Shown one piece after another: positions 19,705 to 29,871 of a stretch of 64,000 nt of DNA. Made by a program: the position numbers and the translations under genes. Positions within the stretch are counted from its first letter, which is position 1, and each line of letters starts with the position of its first letter. The notes under the pieces were generated by a model. The model made no database searches and was not told the origin of the DNA. It worked only from the letters and a program-made list of their open reading frames with translations. The stretch is from positions 1,460,147 to 1,524,146 of the forward strand of contig CAVXKA010000001.1 of NCBI GenBank assembly GCA_963762255.1, given 5' to 3'. The stretch comes from Candidatus Eiseniibacteriota bacterium. Its GTDB lineage: Bacteria > Eisenbacteria > RBG-16-71-46 > JABDJR01.

Positions 19705-19966
19705 GCGGGCGGTCCTCCTCGATCGCCAACACTGTTAATGGTGTAATCCAAATCATTGTAAAGGGTTAGGAGCTGTCCGTCCCGCCCCTCGAAAGGTGCG
19801 GCCACCCTATTCCCGCGCCGCCCGCCTCCGCCACGGTAAACACCGCCGCGTTTAGTCCGATGATAGAGAGGCGATTACAGGGGTGTTCGAGGAGGGCCCG
19901 CCCGGCGACCGGGCCGTGCTTCCCAACGACACAGACCATGGATTCTCATTCGACGAGGGAGATCGC

Positions 19967-20965
19967 GTGCGGCTCCTGCTCCTGGCCGATTTGCACCTTG
20001 GGGCGAGGCTTCCCGAGAGCGATGGGTGGATCTCCGGGAAGGGATCCGGCCGCAGTCACGCGTGGACCGACGCCGTCGATGTGGCCCTCGACCCGAGGCA
20101 ACGCATCGACGCGGTCCTCTGCGCCGGCGATCTCTTCGACCATCCGTCTCCCAACGCTGAACTCGTCGGGCACGTCGCCGAGGGCGCCGAGGCGCTGCTC
20201 GGAGGCGGCAAGAGCGTGGTCCTCCTCCCCGGCGCGTACGACGGCCTCACCCAGCCGAACGGCGTCTACTCCACGCGAGCTTTCCCCGCGGGAGTCCTGG
20301 TCGTGGACTGGGCAGAACCGAGGCGCGTGGAACTTGCCATCGGCTCCACCCAGCTTCACCTCTACACTGCCGCCTCACGCCCGGGCCGCAACGGAATCGA
20401 ACCCGCGCAGTTCGCGCGACAGGGGATGGAAGGGCGCCACGTAGGACTGCTGCATGGCGTTCTCGGCGGGCCCGGCCCCGGAGATCCCCCTTGTCTGTGG
20501 GGACGCCGCGATCTCCCCGAAAGTTTCTTCGCCGGCGGCGATCTCGATCTCTTCGTGCTCGGGGGTGGGCACAGTTATCTTGCCGCCCGGCACGGTCGCA
20601 CGCTGGTCGTGCAGCCAGGCGCTTCGCACGGGCTCGACGCGAACGGACCCGGTCGCAGAGGATTTCTGGTCGCCGATCTCGAAGTCGAGGGGGTGCAGGT
20701 CACGCGTGAGGGACGGCCTACCGCTCGTCCCGAGACTCCTCCCGCACCGCGCGGCCCCCGCCCGGCCGCCGCCGGCGCCGATCTCGATCCGGATGAAGCC
20801 GTTCTGGCCGGACTGCGCGCGGAGAACAGCGTGCTCGGCCACTTCGTACGCCACATGGAGTCGCGGTGCGCCGCGGCGGCCGGGAACGCGCGCGAGATGG
20901 AAGCCCGAGCCCTCGGGCTGGGTGTCACCGCATGGCGGCGAGTGGAGGCCACGCATGTGGATTGA
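19967..20965 (+). CDS. sbcD: calcineurin-like metallophosphoesterase, SbcD/Mre11-like nuclease
   Basis: VRLLLLADLHLG matches the SbcD N-terminal motif (MRxLHTSDWHLG), and GDLFD (motif II) follows. The GTG at 19967 is preceded by GAGGGAG. The ORF track's alternative start at 19883 adds 28 residues. Confidence 0.72.
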   Translation: MRLLLLADLHLGARLPESDGWISGKGSGRSHAWTDAVDVALDPRQRIDAVLCAGDLFDHPSPNAELVGHVAEGAEALLGGGKSVVLLPGAYDGLTQPNGVYSTRAFPAGVLVVDWAEPRRVELAIGSTQLHLYTAASRPGRNGIEPAQFARQGMEGRHVGLLHGVLGGPGPGDPPCLWGRRDLPESFFAGGDLDLFVLGGGHSYLAARHGRTLVVQPGASHGLDANGPGRRGFLVADLEVEGVQVTREGRPTARPETPPAPRGPRPAAAGADLDPDEAVLAGLRAENSVLGHFVRHMESRCAAAAGNAREMEARALGLGVTAWRRVEATHVD

Positions 20966-23129
20966 GCGGCTGCGCATGCGTGACCCGAACGGGGTGGAGC
21001 GCGCCGTCCACTTCGGCCGCGGGCTTGGCGTGATTCTCGGCGGCAGCGAGTCGGGGAAGACCCGTCTCGCCTCGGTTCTCTTCGAGACGCTCTTCGGGCC
21101 TCGCCTCGGGTGCCGCCCCGAGGGCTGCGCGCCGATTCTCGGCGTCGCCGCCTGGGCGGAGGTGACGTTCCACGTCGGTCCTCGCCGGTTCGTATTGCGC
21201 CGCGGTTTCCTTCGGGGAAGCGTGTTGCTCGTCGAGGAATGCGCGGAGGGCGGATCCACCAAGACGGTCTGGTTCAAGGGGACCTCGTCCGACCCCGGGC
21301 ACGAGGCGGCATGGCGCCGTGCTCTGCACGGGCTCCTCGGCGTGTCGCACGGAGGTGTGTGGGCCGACTCGGGGTTCGTGCTGCAGGGCGAGCTCGCCTT
21401 GCGCGCCGGTTCAACAGGGAACCCCGGGGGTGAGGGAGGCGGACACGCGGAGGCGCGGGAGGCGCTGGCCGTGCTCGAATCCGAGAATCGCGCTCTCGTC
21501 GGGGGCGCGGGGAGCGGCCGGCCGGGCACGCTGGACGAGACTCGCGCCGAGCTGGAACAGCGGCGAGGCGAGGCCGCGCAATGGGAAGAGCGCGCGGCCC
21601 GTCTGTGGAGTCTGGAGGAGGAGCGCGAGCGGCTCGAATCGGAGCGGGCTCAGGCCGAGCAGGAGTCGGCGGAGCAAGAGGAGATGTTGCAGAACCTCAA
21701 GCGTTTCGAGGATCTCACCCAGGATCGCACGCGCCTCGAGGAGACCCTCGGCCAGCTTCGTGGAGAGCAGAACCGGATTCGAAAGCAGGTGGAGGCGGTG
21801 GAGGCGGGCGAGACGCGTCTCGAAGCGGACTTCGCCGATTTCCTCGACGCTCCCGGCGACTTGGAAGAGTGCGTGCACGGGTGGTCGGAAAGCGCGGCGC
21901 GGCTGCGCGACGTGGAAGTGGACCTGGCTCGTATCGAGGACGTGATCGCGTCGCTGCCGCGAAGCCACGCACGCCGGACCGGGCTTCTCGCCGCGGCGGC
22001 GCTCGGGGCCCTGGCGTGGCTGGCCTGTCTGGGTGCGGACGCCATGACCGTCGGGTTCATTCTCGCCCCCTTCCTGGCCGCCGGCGGGTACGGCGCCGTC
22101 TGGTACCTCGATCGCAACACGCAGAAAATGCGGCTGCGGCAGGAGCAGGATCTGGTCCGCCTGAGCGCGGAGCATGACGAGGTGGCTCGGCGCGAGCGCG
22201 AAGCCCGAGCCGGGCTGGGACGCCTGAGTCGCCTCGGCGATCCTTCCGCACTGCGGGCCGCATACCGTCGTTACACCGAGGCTCGCGGAACGCTCGACCG
22301 CGCCCGAACCGCTCGCGACAGCCATCGCCCGTTGCTCGAGGTCGTGGACGCGTACGAGCAGGTCTTTGCCGATCTCCAGCTTCTCGACACCCAGACCCGC
22401 GATCTTGTGGCGCGGGCCAGGTACCTCTCGGGTCTCGACGCGAACGCGCAGGTGCTGGCGGTCGAGATGGAGAAGGCGCGGGGCCGAGGCGAGGCGGCGG
22501 TCGCGCGGTGCGCCCGGGCTGCCGAGGCTCTCGTCGACGTGCAGGGGGAGATGGCGCGCCTGGAGTCGGAGGTGCCGGCGCCGGGCTGGCTCGCGGAGGA
22601 TCTCGTGCGACTCGAGGCGCGAGCGGAGCGTCTCGACCGGCGCGCCGAGGCCACCCGGATTGCCGTGGGCGTGCTTCAGGAGTGCATTCGCGAGTTCCAG
22701 GACGAGTTTCTCGACCGGCTTGCCGAGCGCGCAAGCGTCCACCTCGCCGCGCTCACCGACAATCGCTTCACGGAGGTGCGTTTCGGCAGCGTCGAGCGGA
22801 TAGAGGCCCGGCAGGCGGTCGGGGAGTGGTGCGAAGACGTTCGGTTGAGCGGGGTGACTCGAAACGCGCTCCACCTGGCGGTGCGAATCGCCATCGCCGA
22901 GGGCGTGAGCGGGGACCGGGCACTCCCCATCGTGCTGGACGAGCCCTGCGCGGCCTGGGATGACGAGCGACTTGCCGCCGCGCACCGTGCCTTCGCCGCG
23001 CTCGCTCGCGCCGGCCGCCAGGTCGTCGTGCTCAGCGCGGACGAACGTCTCGCCGCGTGGGACGTGACCTGGGAGCGCCTTTCCGCTCCGCCGGAGCGGA
23101 ACGAGGACGCTCACCGCCGCGCCGCCTGA
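20955..23129 (+). CDS. sbcC: SbcC/Rad50-like SMC-fold ATPase (short, about 725 aa)
   Basis: The ATG at 20955 overlaps the sbcD end by 11 nt. Walker A GGSESGKT, long heptad coiled coils (LEQRRGEAAQWEERAARLWSLEEERERLESE...), then C-terminal VVVLSADERLAAW (Walker B/D-loop-like). Confidence 0.75.
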   Translation: MWIERLRMRDPNGVERAVHFGRGLGVILGGSESGKTRLASVLFETLFGPRLGCRPEGCAPILGVAAWAEVTFHVGPRRFVLRRGFLRGSVLLVEECAEGGSTKTVWFKGTSSDPGHEAAWRRALHGLLGVSHGGVWADSGFVLQGELALRAGSTGNPGGEGGGHAEAREALAVLESENRALVGGAGSGRPGTLDETRAELEQRRGEAAQWEERAARLWSLEEERERLESERAQAEQESAEQEEMLQNLKRFEDLTQDRTRLEETLGQLRGEQNRIRKQVEAVEAGETRLEADFADFLDAPGDLEECVHGWSESAARLRDVEVDLARIEDVIASLPRSHARRTGLLAAAALGALAWLACLGADAMTVGFILAPFLAAGGYGAVWYLDRNTQKMRLRQEQDLVRLSAEHDEVARREREARAGLGRLSRLGDPSALRAAYRRYTEARGTLDRARTARDSHRPLLEVVDAYEQVFADLQLLDTQTRDLVARARYLSGLDANAQVLAVEMEKARGRGEAAVARCARAAEALVDVQGEMARLESEVPAPGWLAEDLVRLEARAERLDRRAEATRIAVGVLQECIREFQDEFLDRLAERASVHLAALTDNRFTEVRFGSVERIEARQAVGEWCEDVRLSGVTRNALHLAVRIAIAEGVSGDRALPIVLDEPCAAWDDERLAAAHRAFAALARAGRQVVVLSADERLAAWDVTWERLSAPPERNEDAHRRAA

Positions 23130-23202
23130 GTTGTTGCGCGGCGGTCGTGCCGGCCGTCTCGCTCTGGTCGCCACTCTGCCGCCCGGATAGAATCACGAGC
23201 CT

Positions 23203-24060
23203 ATGCGTTCAACCATCCGAGCACCGCTCACCCTCCTCGCCGCCCTGTGTTTGATCCACCTGCCCGCCCGTGCCGCGGCTCGCACGGAGGAGCTTTACCT
23301 TTCCCTCGCGCCGGGCCCGCTTCGCCTCGCGCTGCCGTCGCCCGACGGAAGTCGGCTGGCCGTGATCGGCGGTCCGGGTGAGGAAGGGCGCGAGCACACC
23401 GTGCTCGTGGTGGACGGTTCCTGCCGTGGCGACTCCCTCCGCGTGGTCACGCTCTCGCGGAGCGCCTCCTATCTCAACCGGCCCGAGGAAATGCCCGTCG
23501 ATTATCTGCGCCTGCAGTGGTCGCCGGATGGAACGCACCTCTACGCGTTGGGTTCGGTGTACCGGTTGCGAGAGGATGGAGGCGCCCTCGTCGCGCGCGC
23601 GCTACGCACCGTGCCCAAGCCCGTGCTCGATTTCCGCTTCGGCCCGGCCGATCGCGCGGCCGGTATCGGCGTGAGCGAGGCCCGCCGCCGCGAGGTGCGC
23701 AAGGGCGAGCAGGGCTTCATCGTCATCATGGAGTACGCGATCTACGCGCTCGACGGCGATCTCGTCATCCCCATCCCGCCCCGCGAGAAGTACGGCGTTG
23801 CCTGGTTGCCGAAAGAGTATCCGGATGCGCCGGCTCTGGAGTGGGAGCCGGACGGCAAGCTCCTCCTCTTCTACCCCTATCACTACATCACCGAGCGGTT
23901 CGAAGCGGGGAAGGAACGAGACGAGATCAAGGACCGGCGTCCGACGCCACGGGCGGAGCCGGGGATGGGGCCGTTCGCCTTCTCCAAGCCCTGCGCGCGA
24001 ACCTGGACGCTCGTTTCCGACGGGCGGTCGGATCGCGTGATCCTCGATCGGCGGGATTGA
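23203..24060 (+). CDS. hypothetical secreted protein
   Basis: Signal peptide MRSTIRAPLTLLAALCLIHLPARAAA. No recognisable domain. The stop overlaps the downstream ATG by 1 nt. Confidence 0.55.
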   Translation: MRSTIRAPLTLLAALCLIHLPARAAARTEELYLSLAPGPLRLALPSPDGSRLAVIGGPGEEGREHTVLVVDGSCRGDSLRVVTLSRSASYLNRPEEMPVDYLRLQWSPDGTHLYALGSVYRLREDGGALVARALRTVPKPVLDFRFGPADRAAGIGVSEARRREVRKGEQGFIVIMEYAIYALDGDLVIPIPPREKYGVAWLPKEYPDAPALEWEPDGKLLLFYPYHYITERFEAGKERDEIKDRRPTPRAEPGMGPFAFSKPCARTWTLVSDGRSDRVILDRRD

Positions 24061-24836
24061 TGCTCGAGACTCGGGGCCTGACCAGGGACTACGGCGCCTT
24101 CCGCGCGGTGGATCATCTCGATCTGCATGTGGAACGCGGCGAGCTGTTCGGATTCCTGGGACCCAACGGCGCAGGCAAGACCACTACGGTGAAGATGATG
24201 GTCGGATTGCTGCGCCCCACCGAGGGGACCGTCCTCGTGGACGGCCTCGACGTGCGCACCGAAACCGGCAAGGTCAAGGCGAAGGTCGGCTACGTGGCCG
24301 AGGAGCCTCAGCTCTACGACAAGCTCACGGTGCGCGAGTTCCTCACCTTCTGCGGCGAGCTGTACGGCGTTCCCGTACCCGAGGCCCGCCGCCGCGGAGA
24401 TGACTGGCTCGACTTCATGGCCCTGGCGGATCAGGCCGACAAGCTGATCGAGACCCTCTCCCACGGTCTTCGCCAGCGGGTGGCCTTGGGGGCCGCCCTC
24501 ATCCATCGCCCCCCGGTGCTCTTCCTGGACGAGCCCACGGTCGGTCTCGACCCGCGCAGCGCCCGTCAGGTGAAGGACTACCTGCGCGCGCTCTGCAAGG
24601 AAGGCACCACCGTCTTTCTCACCACGCACATCCTGGAGATCGCCGAGAAGATCTGCGACCGGGTGGGCATCCTGGATCGGGGCCGTCTCCGCGCGCTCGG
24701 TTCGCTCGAGACCCTTCGAGGCGAGGCGCGCGACCGAAGCCTCGAGGACATCTTTCTCGAACTCACCGCGGGGACGCGCGAACCGGAAGACGCGCAGTCT
24801 CCGGTCGACCCTCGGCCGCCCGCCCCGTCGTCATGA
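24060..24836 (+). CDS. ABC transporter ATP-binding protein (ABC-2 type exporter)
   Basis: Walker A GPNGAGKTT, signature LSHGLRQRVALG, Walker B VLFLDEPTVGLD. The ATG at 24060 is in frame with ORF 23517..24836. Confidence 0.9.
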   Translation: MLETRGLTRDYGAFRAVDHLDLHVERGELFGFLGPNGAGKTTTVKMMVGLLRPTEGTVLVDGLDVRTETGKVKAKVGYVAEEPQLYDKLTVREFLTFCGELYGVPVPEARRRGDDWLDFMALADQADKLIETLSHGLRQRVALGAALIHRPPVLFLDEPTVGLDPRSARQVKDYLRALCKEGTTVFLTTHILEIAEKICDRVGILDRGRLRALGSLETLRGEARDRSLEDIFLELTAGTREPEDAQSPVDPRPPAPSS

Positions 24837-26407
24837 TCCCGTTCCATCGGCTGCTCCGGTACCGCTTCATCGCGCTCTGGAACGGATCCCTCTCGAGTCA
24901 GTCGCGCCACCGGACCATGAATTGGGTCATGGTCGTGTTCGTGATCCCCTGGATGTTCCTCTTCTTCGGGGGGGTGGGGATCGGCATGGGGCGCGCGGCG
25001 CGCGATGCACCAGCCGCCCCGCTCCTGCTCGCGTGGATCGTGACCGGACTCCTCGCCAGCGAGTTCCTCCTCATGCTGGTGGGGGAAGTCGGAGGATTCG
25101 CGAACCTCCTCTTCTTCTCCGGGCGCGGCGAGTGGCTGCGGCGGGCGCCGATATCCGGCCGACGTTTTCTCCTGTACCAGGTCATGGAGGGGACGCTGGT
25201 CATGGCGGCGGTGCCGACGATGTTCCTCTTCGTCGTCTTTCTATGCGTCCTCGTGGGATACAAGGCCTCGGTCGCGGTCATTCTCGGGGGGGTGCTTGCC
25301 TTTGCGCTGGTGCGGCTCATGCCGCTCGGGCTCTCCCTGGTCACCGTGTGGCTTCTCGCCCCGCGCACGAGCCGGGAGACCTTCCGATGGCTGGACGCGA
25401 TTCTCGGCCTCATCTTCGGCTTTCTCATGCTCGCCCTGTGGCGGGTGAACATCGATCCCGACGCGATGCTGGGCCTCATCGAAGGGCGCATCGTGCCACC
25501 GATTCCGCCGATCCTGATCGCGCTCTTTCCCCCCGCAGCGGTGGGAAGCATCACGAGCACGCTCCTGGCCGGCGGCGCCTTGCCTCTGTACACCGTGCTT
25601 CTCGCCGTCACCCAGACCGCGCTTCTCGTCGGTTTGCCTCTGGCGCTGGCGGACCGATGGCTCGCCGAGGGGCGCTATCCCGAGCCGGGTTCCTCCGCGG
25701 TTCGTTCGCGCACTTGGTGGGGTGGTCCCTCCGGCCCCTTCTTTGCGATGCTCCGCAAAGACACGCTGGTGTTTCTTCGCGAGGGGCGCCTGGGATTGAG
25801 GCTTGCCGCGTCGGCCGTGACCACGCTCATGGTCATCTGGTTCGTGTTTGCCCATCAGGGGTCCGCGGGGGGGAGTCCCGCCCTGCTGGTGCTCTTCCTC
25901 ATCTCATCGGAGGCGGGGATGCTGGTGATCCCCAGCGAGGGGAAGGGGATGGTATGGGTGGCAGGATCGCCGTTCTCGCCACGTGCCTTCGTGCTGGCCA
26001 AGCTCGGAATCGCGCTCTTCTTTACCGCGGTCACGGCCTCCGTCCCGCTCCTCATTCTGGGGCTCGGCCACGACTGGCCCGCCCGGGCGTGGGGGGTGGC
26101 GTTCCTCGCCGGGCCGCTGGTGGCGCTCATGGGGGCGTCGGTGGGAGTCCTGCTCGCCGCCCGTTGGGGGCGCCTCGACTGGGACGATCCCCGGCGCATG
26201 CTCCAGCCCGCCGCCCATCTCTTTCACGGGGTCTTCATCATCGTCGGGTTTATCGCGGTGGCCACTGCGGGCGCGTTGGCCAGCGAGGATGCCCTCGCGG
26301 TGCGAGGTTGGGCCCTGACCGCGCTCGCGGCGGCGAGCGCTCTCGTCACCTGGGCGAGCCTCGCTCTTGCCATCCGCGCCGCCGCGCGTAAAGAATGGCT
26401 GGTCTAG
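24833..26407 (+). CDS. large polytopic membrane protein, probable ABC-2 permease partner
   Basis: ATGA overlaps the ATPase stop. About 12 hydrophobic helices. No soluble domain. Confidence 0.68.
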   Translation: MIPFHRLLRYRFIALWNGSLSSQSRHRTMNWVMVVFVIPWMFLFFGGVGIGMGRAARDAPAAPLLLAWIVTGLLASEFLLMLVGEVGGFANLLFFSGRGEWLRRAPISGRRFLLYQVMEGTLVMAAVPTMFLFVVFLCVLVGYKASVAVILGGVLAFALVRLMPLGLSLVTVWLLAPRTSRETFRWLDAILGLIFGFLMLALWRVNIDPDAMLGLIEGRIVPPIPPILIALFPPAAVGSITSTLLAGGALPLYTVLLAVTQTALLVGLPLALADRWLAEGRYPEPGSSAVRSRTWWGGPSGPFFAMLRKDTLVFLREGRLGLRLAASAVTTLMVIWFVFAHQGSAGGSPALLVLFLISSEAGMLVIPSEGKGMVWVAGSPFSPRAFVLAKLGIALFFTAVTASVPLLILGLGHDWPARAWGVAFLAGPLVALMGASVGVLLAARWGRLDWDDPRRMLQPAAHLFHGVFIIVGFIAVATAGALASEDALAVRGWALTALAAASALVTWASLALAIRAAARKEWLV

Positions 26408-26438
26408 ATCGGCGGTTTTGGCTGCGGAGAGCATCACG

Positions 26439-27809
26439 ATGACCTCGATGGAGCGCCCGCGCGCGGTAGTTGTCGACAAAGATGACGTGCGTGGGCGGGA
26501 GATGGCGAGCTTCCTCGAGAACTCCCTGGGTTGCGAAGTGACCTGGGTGCGTGACGGGGAGGCGGCGTACAACGTCCTCGACGGAGAGGTCGTGGACGTG
26601 CTTGTCACCGACCTCCGCGCCCAGCGCATCGACGGGTTGCGCTTGCTGGAGATCGCCCGCGCGCGCAACCCCGAGGCGGCGGTGATCCTGATCGCTCCCG
26701 ACGCCGAGCTTGCGACCGCCACGGAGGCCATGCGTCGCGGCGCCTACGACGTGCAGACCCGCCCCATCAATCTGGAGCGTCTGGGCGCGGTGGTGGAGCG
26801 GGCGCTTTCGCACCAGCGTCTGGTCGTCGCGGTGAGCGACTTGCAGGCGCGTCTCGACCATCGCTACGGCATCCAGCACCTCACCGGCATGGCGCCGCAA
26901 ATGGTCCAGATCTACGACCGCATCCGCCAGTTGGCCAATGCCCGCACGACCATCCTCGTCACCGGCGACACCGGCACCGGCAAGGAATTGGTGGCCAAGG
27001 CCATCCACCACTTGAGTCCGCGACGCAACGAGCCGTTCGTGGCGCTGAACTGCAGCGCTCTGGCCGAGGGGGTGGTGGAGAGCGAACTCTTCGGCCACGA
27101 GCGGGGAGCGTTCACCGGCGCGGTCAGCGAGCGCAAGGGGCGGTTCGAAATAGCCGACGGCGGCACCCTCTTCCTGGACGAGATCTCGGAGGTGAGCGCG
27201 GCGGTGCAGGTCAAGCTCCTGCGCGTGATCCAGGAGCGGGAGTTCGAGAGGGTGGGAAGCGCCCGCTCCATCAGCGTGGACGTGCGCCTCATCTGCGCCA
27301 CCAACCGAGACCTGGGAGCCATGGTCCGCCAGGGGAGCTTCCGCGAGGATCTCTACTACCGTCTGAACGTCGCCTCCATCCATCTGCCGCCCCTGCGTGA
27401 GCGCAAGTCGGACATCCCGATTCTTGTCGACGAGTTCATCAAGCAATTCAACGAAGAGAACAAGCGCCGGGTGAAGGGGATCACTCGCGGAGCGATGGAG
27501 TTGCTCATGCAGTACGACTGGCCGGGGAACGTGCGCGAGCTGCGCAACCTGGTCGAGGGGATGGTCGTGTTCGGCCGGGATGCCATGCCGCTCGACGTGG
27601 GGGATCTTCCTACCCACCTCCGCACGCAAGCTCCCACCTCGCGCGATCTGAGGCTACGAATCGGGATGACCATGCAGGAGATCGAGATCCGTGCGATCGA
27701 GGAAACGCTGAAGGCGACCGGCTACGACAAGCAGCGCACGGCGCAGATTCTCGAGATCGGGCTGCGCACGCTCTATCGAAAGATGAAGCAGTATCAGATC
27801 GGGGGTTGA
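26439..27809 (+). CDS. sigma-54-dependent transcriptional activator (receiver + AAA+ + Fis-type HTH; NtrC family)
   Basis: Receiver domain (VVVDKDD ... VLVTDLRAQRIDG), then Walker A GDTGTGKE, the GAFTGA loop (ERGAFTGAVSERKG) and an arginine-finger region. The protein ends with a C-terminal HTH (QRTAQILEIGLRTLYRKMK). Confidence 0.88.
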   Translation: MTSMERPRAVVVDKDDVRGREMASFLENSLGCEVTWVRDGEAAYNVLDGEVVDVLVTDLRAQRIDGLRLLEIARARNPEAAVILIAPDAELATATEAMRRGAYDVQTRPINLERLGAVVERALSHQRLVVAVSDLQARLDHRYGIQHLTGMAPQMVQIYDRIRQLANARTTILVTGDTGTGKELVAKAIHHLSPRRNEPFVALNCSALAEGVVESELFGHERGAFTGAVSERKGRFEIADGGTLFLDEISEVSAAVQVKLLRVIQEREFERVGSARSISVDVRLICATNRDLGAMVRQGSFREDLYYRLNVASIHLPPLRERKSDIPILVDEFIKQFNEENKRRVKGITRGAMELLMQYDWPGNVRELRNLVEGMVVFGRDAMPLDVGDLPTHLRTQAPTSRDLRLRIGMTMQEIEIRAIEETLKATGYDKQRTAQILEIGLRTLYRKMKQYQIGG

Positions 27810-27929
27810 CCGCCGAGGCCTCGGCGGGCGCCACCACGCTGTCCCGTTCGGTTCGACATCACCCGAACCGGCTGTCCCTCCCGGTACGATTCTCGCCGTC
27901 GGGTCTCGGTACCCCGGTTCGAGTGATGT

Positions 27930-27958
27930 TGTAACTCATTTGTTTACAATTAGTTACA
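27930..27958 (+). promoter_or_regulatory. inverted repeat TGTAACT-N15-AGTTACA in an AT-rich patch, candidate enhancer (UAS) for the EBP
   Basis: TGTAACT lies at 27930-27936 and AGTTACA at 27952-27958, about 25 bp upstream of the -24 element. Confidence 0.35.
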
Positions 27959-27982
27959 GTCAATACGATCCCCGGATTTCCC

Positions 27983-27999
27983 TTGGCATCGGAGTTGCG
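27983..27999 (+). promoter_or_regulatory. sigma-54 (-24/-12) promoter
   Basis: TGGCAT (27984-27989) - CGGAG - TTGCG (27995-27999) is a near-perfect match to TGGCAC-N5-TTGCW. It lies 60 nt upstream of the lipoprotein ATG at 28062. Confidence 0.6.
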
Positions 28000-28061
28000 A
28001 TACATGGCGCCCGTGCTCGGGCGGACCGATGAACACAGGGCCAGGACAGGAGGATTCGACG

Positions 28062-29324
28062 ATGCGACAGAGTGGATGGCGGCTTTCTGCCGTCGCGCTG
28101 ATGGGAGCGGCAACGCTCGCCCTTCTACTTTTCGGGTGCGGCGACGATAAGTCGATCACATCCGGCTTCGATGGCTTCGAGAATGAGACCGCCGAGATGT
28201 CCATCGACCTCGGTATAGAGGACGGCGGAGTCGGGACGTCGGCCGAGCAACCGGGCTTCGGCGAAAGCTACTTCGACCGGTACCTGCAGGGCGGGGAGCC
28301 GGTCGTCGATGCGTTGAACGCGGATCCGAGAATGAATCCTCTCGAGCGGCGTCCCGGTACCTCCGTGCAGTACCTGCGCGTCACGTGGGGAAACCTGCGG
28401 CGCGGGCCCGAAGCGGTCGACGACACGACGCGGGGGCCGGTCCTCGACTGGAGCGGCAAGGCGGTCGTCTCCGATGGGCTCCTCCTGCCGCTGCAGGTGC
28501 TCCGCTTCGAGCGCGGTGACTTTCTCGTGCGCCCCACGAAGCCGGAGCCGGGCCAGCCTGCCAACCGCCAGGTTGTGGAGTGGGTCTCCAAGACCGCGGG
28601 CGCGTGGGACGGTGTCCTGCTCAAGATCGTGGTGCCTCCGGCGGGTGACTCCACGTTCGCCGCCTATCGCTTGAACGTCAATGGGGACGGGCTCACCGTC
28701 GACGACCTCTTCACATTCGACACCGAGCTTCTCGACGTGAGCTTCCCGCTGAACGGGATCGCTGATCTCGACACCGTGATCCTGCTCGACGAAGAGAACG
28801 GGGTCTCGTTCACCGGCTTCAGCCGGGAAGACGTGGAACTCTGCCCGCGGGGCGCCCTCGTCGGCGCGTGGGTGAAGGTGGACACCGACAGCGCGAACGG
28901 CGGGTTCTTCCGCGCGGTGTGGGAAGGTCCCCTCGGCGACGTGCGCGGCCATCTGCGAGGCCGCTGGGGTGTTCTCGAGGACGGCACCCAGGCCTTCGTC
29001 GGCAAGATCATCGACCGCAAAGGCGGCTATGCCGGCTTCGTGCGCGGGACGTGGGAGGCGGATGCCGCCGATCCCACCCAGGGGACATTTCACGGAATCT
29101 GGAAGCGGCGAGCCGGCGACGGACCGCCGGCGGTGGTCGGGACCGTGCGCGGTGTGTGGGGCCTGAGCGACCGCATCCGAGAAGGGTGGACTCCTTCGCG
29201 GGGTGTGGAAGAAGGACTGCGGGGAAGCGAACGGCGCCGACTGACCGACGCGAGTCACGCAGATCCTAACCGGACCAGGAAAGGCGGGGCGGTCTCGTGG
29301 AGGCCGCCCCGCCTTGCTGCGTGA
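28062..29324 (+). CDS. hypothetical lipoprotein (sigma-54-controlled)
   Basis: The ATG at 28062 is preceded by AGGAGG (28047-28052). Lipoprotein signal with lipobox LLLFGCGDD. No recognisable domain. The in-frame ATG at 28029 is a less likely alternative. Confidence 0.65.
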   Translation: MRQSGWRLSAVALMGAATLALLLFGCGDDKSITSGFDGFENETAEMSIDLGIEDGGVGTSAEQPGFGESYFDRYLQGGEPVVDALNADPRMNPLERRPGTSVQYLRVTWGNLRRGPEAVDDTTRGPVLDWSGKAVVSDGLLLPLQVLRFERGDFLVRPTKPEPGQPANRQVVEWVSKTAGAWDGVLLKIVVPPAGDSTFAAYRLNVNGDGLTVDDLFTFDTELLDVSFPLNGIADLDTVILLDEENGVSFTGFSREDVELCPRGALVGAWVKVDTDSANGGFFRAVWEGPLGDVRGHLRGRWGVLEDGTQAFVGKIIDRKGGYAGFVRGTWEADAADPTQGTFHGIWKRRAGDGPPAVVGTVRGVWGLSDRIREGWTPSRGVEEGLRGSERRRLTDASHADPNRTRKGGAVSWRPPRLAA

Positions 29325-29360
29325 TATCCTGACCCGTCTCAAACCAGGAGGGTCCGTCTC

Positions 29361-29840
29361 GTGTCCGATGCGCATCCCCGCCTCGATTGGGATCAGTACT
29401 TCATGCAGATCTGCCGGGTGGTGGCCCAGCGTTCCACCTGTAACCGGGCCGCGGTGGGTGCGGTGATCGTGCGAGCGCGCGCGATCCTGGCCACCGGGTA
29501 CAACGGCTCTCCTGCGGGCATGCCGCACTGCACGGAAGTGGGGTGCCTCGTCACCACATCGCGCACCCCCGACGGCGAGGAAGAGGAGAACTGCTTCCGG
29601 ACCATCCACGCGGAAATCAACGCCATCGCCCAGGCGGCCAGGCACGGCGTGATGATCGCGGGCAGCGACATCTACATCACCCACAGCCCCTGCATCCACT
29701 GCCTGAAGACGCTCATCAACACGGGCATCCAGCGCGTCTGCTACGAGAAGCCGTACAAGCTCGACCGCGTCGAGGAGCTGGTGCGCCTGAGCGGGATCCG
29801 GATGGTGCAGGTGAGCATGGACGAGATCGCGAGACCCTGA
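29361..29840 (+). CDS. deoxycytidylate (dCMP) deaminase, ComEB-like
   Basis: GTG start, with AGGAGG 9 nt upstream. Zinc-binding motifs HAEINAI and [19 protein letters not shown]. Confidence 0.85.
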   Translation: MSDAHPRLDWDQYFMQICRVVAQRSTCNRAAVGAVIVRARAILATGYNGSPAGMPHCTEVGCLVTTSRTPDGEEEENCFRTIHAEINAIAQAARHGVMIAGSDIYITHSPCIHCLKTLINTGIQRVCYEKPYKLDRVEELVRLSGIRMVQVSMDEIARP

Positions 29841-29871
29841 ACTCCACGGTCTGCTCGCGTCCCGGGCTTTC

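Noticed and set aside
21411-23174. 587-aa minus-strand ORF antisense to the SbcC-like gene
   Set aside because: Shadows a plus-strand gene with Walker A and coiled coils. No motifs of its own.
29285-29315. 10-bp perfect GC hairpin (GGCGGGGCGG ... CCGCCCCGCC) at the 3' end of the lipoprotein CDS
   Set aside because: It lies inside the coding sequence, ending 9 nt before the stop, and is followed only by TT. It is probably coding GC symmetry and not a terminator.
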